In this document: in pieces, positions 37,096 to 45,177 of the stretch | Numbering within the stretch: the stretch's first letter is position 1 | Layout: every line of letters begins with the position of its first letter | Assembly (NCBI GenBank): GCA_021463645.1 | Contig: JAJTYI010000009.1 | Location: 255,269 to 300,756 of the forward strand | DNA length: 45,488 nucleotides | Direction: 5' to 3' | From: a bacterium | GTDB taxonomy: Bacteria; Patescibacteriota; Dojkabacteria; B142; OLB20 | Notes under the pieces: model-generated | What the model was told of the DNA's origin: nothing | What the model saw: the letters and a program-made list of their open reading frames with translations, nothing else | Databases searched by the model: none | Program-made: the position numbers and the translations under genes

Positions 37096-37247
37096 TATGA
37101 AAGTATATAAGTAAAAAGCAAAATACTTTCGTCTAGGTTCCCCCGTATTAAATACGGGGCTAGTGACCATGTATGAAAGTATATAAGTAAAAAACAAAAT
37201 ACTTTCGTCTAGGTTCCCCCATATTGAATACGGGGTTAGTGGCCATG
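37096..37247 (+). repeat. Two tandem 76-bp units, each carrying an interrupted copy of the tRNA-Trp 3' end
   Basis: tatgaaagtat...atactt-TCGTCTAGGTTC[ccccgtattaaatacgggg]CTAGTGACCATG at 37096-37171 and 37172-37247. Confidence 0.9.
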
Positions 37248-37318
37248 AACTAAAAAATTGGAAATTTAATAAAAAAACAAAATAGTAAAATATAGATATT
37301 ATTGATATAATCAACATT

Positions 37319-37528
37319 ATGAAAGCAATGATACAACTACCTAAACGTATTTTTTCATTCGTGAAAGGTATATTTTTAGAGTTGAAATTGGTCGAGTTCC
37401 CTACTCGAGCGATGACTTTAAAAAATACTCACATTGTAATAGTTATTTCGATTCTCTTCTCTGTAGCATTATTGCTACTTGATGGATTATTTAACTATGC
37501 TAGAAATTATTTAACATTGAACATCTAA
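37319..37528 (+). CDS. secE: Preprotein translocase subunit SecE
   Basis: ELKLVEFPTR plus one TM helix; upstream of nusG. Confidence 0.9.
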   Translation: MKAMIQLPKRIFSFVKGIFLELKLVEFPTRAMTLKNTHIVIVISILFSVALLLLDGLFNYARNYLTLNI

Positions 37529-37529
37529 A

Positions 37530-38111
37530 ATGAAAACAGATTCAGAAAAAGACTTAAAACCTGAAGAACCAAAGTCTAAAGCCAACAAAGATCATAAATG
37601 GTTTATCATCAGTACATACTCTGGACATGAGAAGAAGGTGGCAAATCAAATCAAGCAAAGAGTAAAAGCAAACGATCTCGAAGAATCAGTAAGCGATGTA
37701 GTTGTTCCAACTCAAGAGAAAATTGTCGTTTCAGCGGGTAAGAAAAAGACTGTTGAGGAGAGAATTTTCCCGGGTTACGTCTTAGTGTGTATGGATATGA
37801 ATGAGGAAACATGGCAAATTGTCAGAAATACCGAAGGAGTTACTAGTTTCATTGGTACAGAGAAAAAGCCTACACCTTTAAGTGAAAAGGAAGCCCAAAG
37901 CATCATTGCATACATGGATGTCAAGCAACCTGCATATCAATTTGCATTTTCAGTTGGAGATGCTGTGAAGGTTGTAGACGGTCCTTTTGCTGACTTTATC
38001 GGTTCTATCAGCGAAATCAACGAAGACAAAGGTCAGGTAACAGTTCTCCTATCAGTATTTGGTCGAGAAACACCTGTTTCACTCGATTTTATAAAAGTAT
38101 CTAAATTATAA
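37530..38111 (+). CDS. nusG: Transcription factor NusG
   Basis: WFIISTYSGHE, FPGYVLV, KOW DGPFADF, FGRETPV. Confidence 0.98.
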   Translation: MKTDSEKDLKPEEPKSKANKDHKWFIISTYSGHEKKVANQIKQRVKANDLEESVSDVVVPTQEKIVVSAGKKKTVEERIFPGYVLVCMDMNEETWQIVRNTEGVTSFIGTEKKPTPLSEKEAQSIIAYMDVKQPAYQFAFSVGDAVKVVDGPFADFIGSISEINEDKGQVTVLLSVFGRETPVSLDFIKVSKL

Positions 38112-38128
38112 TTTGAAGATTTAAAATA

Positions 38129-38563
38129 ATGGCAGCTCCATCAAAGAAAATTAAAGCTATAGTGAAATTACAAATTGAAGCCGGCAAGGCTACCCCTGCC
38201 CCACCTATTGGAACAGCACTAGGGCCCCATGGTGTAAATATAGCTGATTTTGTTAATCAATATAACAATAAAACCAAAGACAAAATGGGAGAGGTAATAC
38301 CTTGTGTGCTTACAATTTTTGAAGATAGATCATTTAAGATTGAATTGAAAACTCCACCAGTCGCATCTCTGATCTTAAAGTCAACAGGCATTAAAAAAGG
38401 TTCAGAGACAGCAAATGTTAAAAAAGTAGGTAAAATTAAACGATCTGAAGTTAAGAAAATTGCAGAAATTAAATTACAAGACTTAAATACCACCAAACTT
38501 GACTCCGCAATGAGAATCGTTGAAGGAACAGCTCATAGCATGGGTATTGAAGTGGTTGATTAA
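38129..38563 (+). CDS. rplK: 50S ribosomal protein L11
   Basis: KLQIEAGKATPAPPIGTALG, GTAHSMG. Confidence 0.98.
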   Translation: MAAPSKKIKAIVKLQIEAGKATPAPPIGTALGPHGVNIADFVNQYNNKTKDKMGEVIPCVLTIFEDRSFKIELKTPPVASLILKSTGIKKGSETANVKKVGKIKRSEVKKIAEIKLQDLNTTKLDSAMRIVEGTAHSMGIEVVD

Positions 38564-38586
38564 ATTACGATATTCACTAATTAATT

Positions 38587-39270
38587 ATGAAAAGATCAAA
38601 AAAATATCAAGCTGTGAAAACAAAAATTGATAAAAACAAGTCCTACTCTGCTGAGGAAATTCTTCAAATGATTAAAGACAATTCATTAACAAAATTCCCT
38701 GGTAGTGTTGAAGTTGAAGTTCGATTAAATCTAAATCAAAAACAGAAATCAGAGAGTTTCAGAGGGTCTCTATCTTTCCCTCATAATTTTGGAAAAGAAG
38801 TGAAAGTGCTCGCTTTTGTAGATCCAACCAATATCAAAACCGCAAAATCTGCGGATATAAGTGGTGGCGAAGAGTTAATTAGTAAAGTTGAGAAAGGTGA
38901 ATTGGAGTTTGATGTTGTACTTGCAATTCCTGCAATGATGCCTAAAATCGCTAGACTTGGAAAAGTACTAGGAAGAAAAGGTTTAATGCCCAATCCAAAA
39001 AACGGAACAGTTACAACAGATATGGAAAAAACTATAGAGAGATTCAAATCTGGTCAACGATCATACAAACTTTTACAAGAAGGTAAGTTTAATATGGTTA
39101 TTGGAAAAACCGATATGAAACCAGAAGAATTGATTGCCAATTATGAAGCATTCATGAAGTCTGTAAGAGAGATAACAAAGAAATACGGAAATTCTATCAT
39201 CGCAAGTATTCGCATAAAACCTACAATGGGACCTGCCCTTGTTGTTAGCGAATCAACTCAATCAAATTGA
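38587..39270 (+). CDS. rplA: 50S ribosomal protein L1
   Basis: LGKVLGRKGLMPNPKNGTVT, PTMGP. Confidence 0.97.
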   Translation: MKRSKKYQAVKTKIDKNKSYSAEEILQMIKDNSLTKFPGSVEVEVRLNLNQKQKSESFRGSLSFPHNFGKEVKVLAFVDPTNIKTAKSADISGGEELISKVEKGELEFDVVLAIPAMMPKIARLGKVLGRKGLMPNPKNGTVTTDMEKTIERFKSGQRSYKLLQEGKFNMVIGKTDMKPEELIANYEAFMKSVREITKKYGNSIIASIRIKPTMGPALVVSESTQSN

Positions 39271-39307
39271 CAAAATTGAATATTTGCTTTAATATCTAGT
39301 GTATTAA

Positions 39308-39420
39308 GTCAAAGACAATAGGCATCTTACTTCGCTGAAGCTTCGTAAGATTAAGACCTATCGAGACGGAAAACAGATACAATATTATTATTTATCTAAA
39401 TGCCGTTTAGGCATTTTTTT
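39308..39420 (+). promoter_or_regulatory. L10 leader with downstream attenuator-like terminator
   Basis: GTCAAAGACAATAGG...TAAGACCTATCGAGAC resembles the L10-leader core upstream of rplJ; hairpin AAATGCC/GGCATTT with U-tract at 39398-39420. Confidence 0.75.
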
Positions 39421-39434
39421 ATTATTTAAATACA

Positions 39435-39959
39435 ATGGCTAAAACCAGAAAATTTAAAGAGGAATTAGTAAAAATCTACAGAGAGAGAATTAACAATTCA
39501 AAGTCTGTCTTTATTATTAAGCCTTCAGGAATCACTGCAAACGAATCCGTACAGATTAAAAAAGACCTAATTAGTGTTGGATCTTCTTATAATGTGGTTA
39601 AGAATTCGATTTTTTCAATCGCACTTGAACAAGAAGGTTTACCTGCCGTTGAAAACCTAGACGCAAACGAACATGCGGTAGTGTTTACTGGTGAGAATAT
39701 CTCAGAAGCAGCAAAAGTCATAAATACATTCGCAAAAGATACTGGCAGAGTCGAAATACAGGCTGGAATTTATGATAAAAATCTAATATCAGGAGAAGAA
39801 GTTGTAAAATTAGCTGAATTGCCAAGTAAAGATGTCTTAATCGCTCAGGTTTTGAATTTGTTCAATGCCCCACTTACTGGCTTTGTTAATGTAATAAATG
39901 CAAATACTAGAAACCTTGTTTATGTTATGAAGGCAATAGCTGACAATAAACAAGCATAA
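39435..39959 (+). CDS. rplJ: 50S ribosomal protein L10
   Basis: VVKNS, LAELPSKDVLIAQ; position in rplKAJL. Confidence 0.95.
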   Translation: MAKTRKFKEELVKIYRERINNSKSVFIIKPSGITANESVQIKKDLISVGSSYNVVKNSIFSIALEQEGLPAVENLDANEHAVVFTGENISEAAKVINTFAKDTGRVEIQAGIYDKNLISGEEVVKLAELPSKDVLIAQVLNLFNAPLTGFVNVINANTRNLVYVMKAIADNKQA

Positions 39960-39982
39960 TTTTATTTAATTAATTTAAAACA

Positions 39983-40390
39983 ATGGCAGACGAAAAAACA
40001 ACAACAGAATTAAAGGGTGATGCCAAAAAAATTGCAGAGATGCTAGAAAAAATGACTGTTTTAGAAGTATCTGAACTAGTCAAAGCTCTAGAGGATAAAT
40101 TCGGAGTTAGTGCAGCAGCACCAGCATCCTTTGCAGTAGCAGCCCCTGCAGCAGACGCAGGAGCACCAGAAGAAGAACAAAGTGAGTTCTCAGTAGAACT
40201 TACAGAGATTGGTGCTAACAAAATCGCTGTAATCAAAGTTGTAAAATCAGCTACAAACATTGGTCTTAAAGAAGCAAAAGACCTAGTTGAAGCTGCACCT
40301 AAAATGGTGAAAGAAGCTTTGAGTAAAGAAGACGCAGAGAAACTGAAGAAAGAACTTGAAGAAGCTGGAGCAAAAGTAACACTAAAATAA
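39983..40390 (+). CDS. rplL: 50S ribosomal protein L7/L12
   Basis: [37 protein letters not shown]. Confidence 0.98.
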   Translation: MADEKTTTELKGDAKKIAEMLEKMTVLEVSELVKALEDKFGVSAAAPASFAVAAPAADAGAPEEEQSEFSVELTEIGANKIAVIKVVKSATNIGLKEAKDLVEAAPKMVKEALSKEDAEKLKKELEEAGAKVTLK

Positions 40391-40410
40391 TTGCTCTTCG
40401 GCGAAAAACT

Positions 40411-40437
40411 AAACCCCGTAATTCATTACGGGGTTTT
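40411..40437 (+). terminator. Intrinsic terminator after rplL
   Basis: AAACCCCGTAAT-TC-ATTACGGGGTTTT. Confidence 0.8.
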
Positions 40438-40498
40438 CGTTTCGTGTTGTTTTTATTTAATTTAAGGTATAATCTACACATAATTTAGTATTGAAACT

Positions 40499-41188
40499 AT
40501 GCCTGGTATCGCATTATCACAATTTGAAAACAATCTCAGCTTAGATCCAAACACACTCATTTTTTTGGTTACCCTACCCCTTGTTATAACGATTATCAGT
40601 TTTGCAAAATACATAATGGGCGTGAAATCATTTGGTATTTATGTGCCAGTGATATTAACTTTTATGTTCTATCAGTTCAGTAGAATCGATGGAGGTGTTT
40701 CAGTATGGCAAGGTTTGAAATATGGACTTTTCATCACATTAATTGTTTTTATTAGTTCTTATATTAGTTATAAGATCGTTCAGCCTTTAACTCTACATTA
40801 TTATTCGAAGCTAGCCATTGTCACAACAAACGTGACAATTTCCCTACTCGTAGTTCTATTTATACTAGACCTTATGGACAGAGGCGGTATATTGCGAGTT
40901 GACATATTTTCCTTAATATTACTCGCTTCAATTTCAGAGAGGTTTACTAACCTACTCGCTTCGAAACAGACCACAACAGCACTTATGTTATCATTGCAAA
41001 CCATCTTACTTGGAATGATATGTTTCTTAGTTATAAGCTCTCAGAGCGTACAAACTGCATTCTTGAATTATCCTTGGATAATACTACTGAGTTTTCCTGT
41101 AAACTATCTAATTGGGAGATTCACTGGTTTAAGATTAAGTGAGATTTATAGATTTAGAGAACTATTAAAAAAAGATTCAGAATCATGA
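40499..41188 (+). CDS. 7TM membrane protein of the type linked to RimK-like ATP-grasp ligases (7TM_transglut-like)
   Basis: GVKSFGIYVP, ISERF, IGRFTGLRLSEIYRF; ATGA overlap with the ATP-grasp gene. Confidence 0.8.
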   Translation: MPGIALSQFENNLSLDPNTLIFLVTLPLVITIISFAKYIMGVKSFGIYVPVILTFMFYQFSRIDGGVSVWQGLKYGLFITLIVFISSYISYKIVQPLTLHYYSKLAIVTTNVTISLLVVLFILDLMDRGGILRVDIFSLILLASISERFTNLLASKQTTTALMLSLQTILLGMICFLVISSQSVQTAFLNYPWIILLSFPVNYLIGRFTGLRLSEIYRFRELLKKDSES

Positions 41189-42597
41189 GTTACCTCGACT
41201 ACTGGAAAAACAGAAAACAGGTGCTAGGTATCAACGAAAGAAACCTTTCGTATATTAGTGAATATAACACTACTAAATCCAAGAAGATTGCGGATGATAA
41301 GGTTTTGACCAAAACTGTGTTAAACAAGGCAGAAATACCCACACCCAAACTCATCACCATAATCCATAACCAAAAAGAACTTAGGGAACTTGACTTTAGT
41401 ACCTTACCAAATAGTTTCGTTTTAAAGCCCGTGACAGGTCTCGAAGGTGGAGGAATTGAGATTTTTTATAACAGGGATAAACAGAACAATTGGATTCGTG
41501 CGGATAAATCAAAGGTCTCCCCAGATGAATTTTATCATCACTGCATCGATATATTAAATGGACGTTACTCCATTCACCAAGAACCAGACAGTATTCTGAT
41601 TGAAGAACGAGTAAAAATTCATCATGAATTTAAATACTATTCTTACAAAGGAACACCTGATATCCGAGTGATCGTTTTCAACAATATTCCAATAATGTCC
41701 TATATCCGCCTAGCAACAAAAGAATCTGCCGGAAAAGCTAACTTGGCAATGGGGGCGATTGGAGTTGGAATTGACTTAGCAAAAGGTCGTACAACAAGCG
41801 CAATTCACGGGAAAAGTGGATACATAGAATATGTACCTGGGACTAAGCTCCGATTGAGTGGTTTACGTATCCCCTACTGGAGCAAAATGTTGCAGTATGC
41901 GGTAGAAGCACAAAAAGCTACAAACCTGAGATTTGCTGCAGTAGATTTTCTTCTCGATAGAGATTTGGGACCACTTATTGTTGAGCTAAATGCTCGTCCT
42001 GGGCTTTCTATACAATTAGCCAACGATGATGGACTAAGATGGAGACTAAAAAAAGCCACAGGTTTGAAGGTTAAAGATGTCGAGAAAGGTGTACGACTTG
42101 GAAAAGACATGTTCGGAGGAGAAATTGAAGAAGGTATTGAAAGCATAGCTGGAAAGGATCTTATTGGTATTTACGAAACTGTGACTTTTTATGGAAAAGA
42201 CGATAAAACTACTGCTACTATTGCAAAAGTCGATACAGGTGCCGACTCTACTTCAATCGACAAAGAAATTGCCAGGAAATTAGGATATACAGAGGTATTA
42301 GATATTATAGACAGTGGGATAATTCCTGAGAATGTAGACTATGAGGAAGGTTTAAAAATTGTGCGAAAATTAAACGAAGAATTAACTAAAAAACACGATG
42401 ATGTTTATGAGGTGAATCTTGTCAAATCTAGTCACGGGATGAGTATCCGAGTCAATATTATACTTAAAATCAAAATTCAAGACACAACATACGAAACAAA
42501 AGTATCCATATTTGACAGAAGTGGTCTTACATACAATGCAATTATAGGTAGGAAATCTTTAACGAAATTCTTAATCGACCCATCAAAAATCAGGTAA
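41185..42597 (+). CDS. Alpha-L-glutamate-ligase-like ATP-grasp protein fused to a C-terminal retropepsin-like aspartyl protease
   Basis: LGINERN, ADDKVLTK, FVLKP, PDIRVIV, KANLAMG, ELNARPGLSIQLAN; C-terminal AKVDTGADSTSID and IIGR. Confidence 0.85.
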   Translation: MSYLDYWKNRKQVLGINERNLSYISEYNTTKSKKIADDKVLTKTVLNKAEIPTPKLITIIHNQKELRELDFSTLPNSFVLKPVTGLEGGGIEIFYNRDKQNNWIRADKSKVSPDEFYHHCIDILNGRYSIHQEPDSILIEERVKIHHEFKYYSYKGTPDIRVIVFNNIPIMSYIRLATKESAGKANLAMGAIGVGIDLAKGRTTSAIHGKSGYIEYVPGTKLRLSGLRIPYWSKMLQYAVEAQKATNLRFAAVDFLLDRDLGPLIVELNARPGLSIQLANDDGLRWRLKKATGLKVKDVEKGVRLGKDMFGGEIEEGIESIAGKDLIGIYETVTFYGKDDKTTATIAKVDTGADSTSIDKEIARKLGYTEVLDIIDSGIIPENVDYEEGLKIVRKLNEELTKKHDDVYEVNLVKSSHGMSIRVNIILKIKIQDTTYETKVSIFDRSGLTYNAIIGRKSLTKFLIDPSKIR

Positions 42598-43597
42598 TAC
42601 TTCTCAATCCTGCTTTTAATACCTCAATGTGGTCAAGTGACTCGAGAATACCATTGATAACGCATTCCTGTGGGTTTTCTACGGTATGAAAAGGAACTCC
42701 AATGGCATTTGTAAAAAGCTCATCAATATTTCGCAACATCGAAGTTCCTCCGCTTAATACTATTCCCCGATCTATAATATCGGAGGATAATTCTGGAGGA
42801 GTTTTCTCAAGAACGTTTTTTATCGATGCAAGAATTTGATTCAGTACTTGATTAATAGGCTCTACGAAATCATTTGAGGTTAGATGAATTGAATGTGGTA
42901 ATCCAGTTGTTACATCTCTTCCACGAACATGTTTTTCCAAGGGTTTATCCATCATCTTGGCACTCCCAATATCAATTTTAATTTGCTCTGCCATTTGCTC
43001 ACCAATGGCCAGTGAATATTTTTTTCGAACAAAATTGATTATTGCATCATTAATCGCATCACCTGCTACTCTTTTTGATTCGTAAGTGACAATACCATTC
43101 ATTGAGATTATAGCAATTTCCGATGTTCCTCCTCCCATATTAACAATCATATTCCCTGCACTGGAGCTCACTGGCAACTGTGCTCCAATTGCAGCGGCAA
43201 TTGGTTCGGGAACAAGATAGACTTTACCAGCTCCGGCTGTAACTGCAGCCTCTATCACAGCTCTTTGTTCTACTGACGTGATGCCAGCAGGAACACTAAT
43301 CATTACCTCTGGTTTGAAGAACCTAGTCCTACCTAGTGCTTTTGCAAGCATAGCAGAAATCAACGCTTCAGTCAGTTTATAACTTGCAATTACACCTTGT
43401 TTAAGTGGTCTACGAGCAATTATATTCCCTGGCACTTTCCCTAACATTTGTTTTGCATTTGTACCTACTGCAAGGACTTTCTTAGTGTCCATATCAATAG
43501 CTACAACGGTAGGCTCGTTTAGAATTATGCCCTTGCCTTCTACAGCTACTAAAAAATTCGCTGTACCTAAATCAATTGCTATTTTTTTTCCTGCCAT
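42590..43597 (-). CDS. mreB: Second MreB/Mbl paralogue
   Basis: IDLGTAN, EPIAAAIGA, MGGGTSE, LSGGTSML. Confidence 0.93.
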   Translation of the reverse strand: MAGKKIAIDLGTANFLVAVEGKGIILNEPTVVAIDMDTKKVLAVGTNAKQMLGKVPGNIIARRPLKQGVIASYKLTEALISAMLAKALGRTRFFKPEVMISVPAGITSVEQRAVIEAAVTAGAGKVYLVPEPIAAAIGAQLPVSSSAGNMIVNMGGGTSEIAIISMNGIVTYESKRVAGDAINDAIINFVRKKYSLAIGEQMAEQIKIDIGSAKMMDKPLEKHVRGRDVTTGLPHSIHLTSNDFVEPINQVLNQILASIKNVLEKTPPELSSDIIDRGIVLSGGTSMLRNIDELFTNAIGVPFHTVENPQECVINGILESLDHIEVLKAGLRSIT

Positions 43598-43661
43598 TTT
43601 ATTTTATTTTATTCAAATTAACAGTTTGCTATACTTGTATTCATCAAATTAAACATTTCAA

Positions 43662-45149
43662 GTGAGCAAATCAAAAAAACGAATCAGAACAAAAAAGTTC
43701 CTCAATACTTTATTGGTAATTATAGTAGTTACGCTATTCATTAGTACAGCTATTATAGCAATTATCTACACCCAAGGGGGGAAAATCACCAGAACAGGTA
43801 TAGTCGAGACTGGTAGTATAAGACTAGAAATACAACCTGAAGATAAAGAAAATTTGGTATACCTTGATGACAAACAAATTAAATCAGACGAAAGATTAAT
43901 CAATAATATCACTCCGGGTATTCATACCATTAGAATTGAATCCACAAAGTTTCATAGTTGGGAAAAAGATATTGAGATTTCCCCCTCATACGTTACTACA
44001 CTTCAAGTAAAGTTATTTCCCCTAGAACCAGAACTAACTCAATTAACACAGACTAACATCTCAAAACTATTCTTCAGCGAGGACGGATCTTATGCTTATT
44101 ATCTTGTAAATGATTCACTTGTAGAACCAAATGATCAAGGCCTATGGCGACTTAGACTTGAAGAACAAGAATTATTCTTTAGAAGAAACTCTGATCCAGA
44201 GAAAATTATTGGGCTTGAAGATACTTCACTTTCATATTTTACGGATCCTGATATTGAAGTAATCATCGATCAAACTAATAATAAGATGTTAATCGTAAAT
44301 CCTACTCTTCAAACAGTCACAATTTTTGATCCCACAAAGTCAAACACAGCCGAAAAAATTATAAATTTAAATGAACAAGTTGGTTTCTATCCTACTCAAG
44401 TGAACTGGTTCAATAACAACAACTCTATTATCGTATCTAATGATGAAATAATTATTGAATATAATATTATTAATCAAGAAAAAACAATTGTGAGTTACTC
44501 ACCAGATACAGAACCTATCTATGATACAGATGGAGAGGTGCTTTACACATACTCTTCTGCCAATAATACAATCAGCCTATATCAGAATCAGATAGCCCGA
44601 GTTTTACAGTTGCCTTCGAATTTCCCCATAAATAATATAAATGATCTCAGATTAGCTAGAGATGGTTCTTCGATTATTATTAGAAGTGATTCCATTTACT
44701 ATTATTACCAACTGGAGAAAAAACAATTTATTAAGATTAGTGATACTGGAGAAATTATCAACATAAGCTTTGATGGCACAAGTATTATCTTTAACATTAA
44801 TAATCAAGTTGTCTTCACTGTTATAGAAAAGTCACTCATAGATTTATCCTTATCAGTTAAGTCTACCCCGTCAATGATTGATGTAAACTTAAATCCTAAA
44901 TACATTAATAACTCAAATCTTGTGATAATAAATAACTACCCTCTAGAAAAGATACAAATTAGCGAGAATGATGGAAGTAATATAATAGATATTTTGAATA
45001 ATACCACTATCGACAATGGGTATTATAAGTTCCAAGAAGATGGATCCAGCCTAACACTTATGGTCGAAGATTCTTCAGAAGAAAATATACTGAACAAAAA
45101 TCTGTTTAAACTTGTACTAAATACTTCATCACTTCCGTTTAACCTCTAA
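43662..45149 (+). CDS. Membrane-anchored PEGA-domain protein with probable beta-propeller
   Basis: N-terminal TM, TGSIRL...ITPGIHTIRIE...WEKDI, FSEDGS-type repeats. Confidence 0.75.
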   Translation: MSKSKKRIRTKKFLNTLLVIIVVTLFISTAIIAIIYTQGGKITRTGIVETGSIRLEIQPEDKENLVYLDDKQIKSDERLINNITPGIHTIRIESTKFHSWEKDIEISPSYVTTLQVKLFPLEPELTQLTQTNISKLFFSEDGSYAYYLVNDSLVEPNDQGLWRLRLEEQELFFRRNSDPEKIIGLEDTSLSYFTDPDIEVIIDQTNNKMLIVNPTLQTVTIFDPTKSNTAEKIINLNEQVGFYPTQVNWFNNNNSIIVSNDEIIIEYNIINQEKTIVSYSPDTEPIYDTDGEVLYTYSSANNTISLYQNQIARVLQLPSNFPINNINDLRLARDGSSIIIRSDSIYYYYQLEKKQFIKISDTGEIINISFDGTSIIFNINNQVVFTVIEKSLIDLSLSVKSTPSMIDVNLNPKYINNSNLVIINNYPLEKIQISENDGSNIIDILNNTTIDNGYYKFQEDGSSLTLMVEDSSEENILNKNLFKLVLNTSSLPFNL

Positions 45150-45177
45150 TGCCCTATACGCTTATAACTTTGTGGGG

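Noticed and set aside
37084-37317. 77-aa minus-strand ORF
   Set aside because: It is antisense over the tRNA-Trp end and the 76-bp tandem repeat, so it is a repeat-derived shadow ORF.
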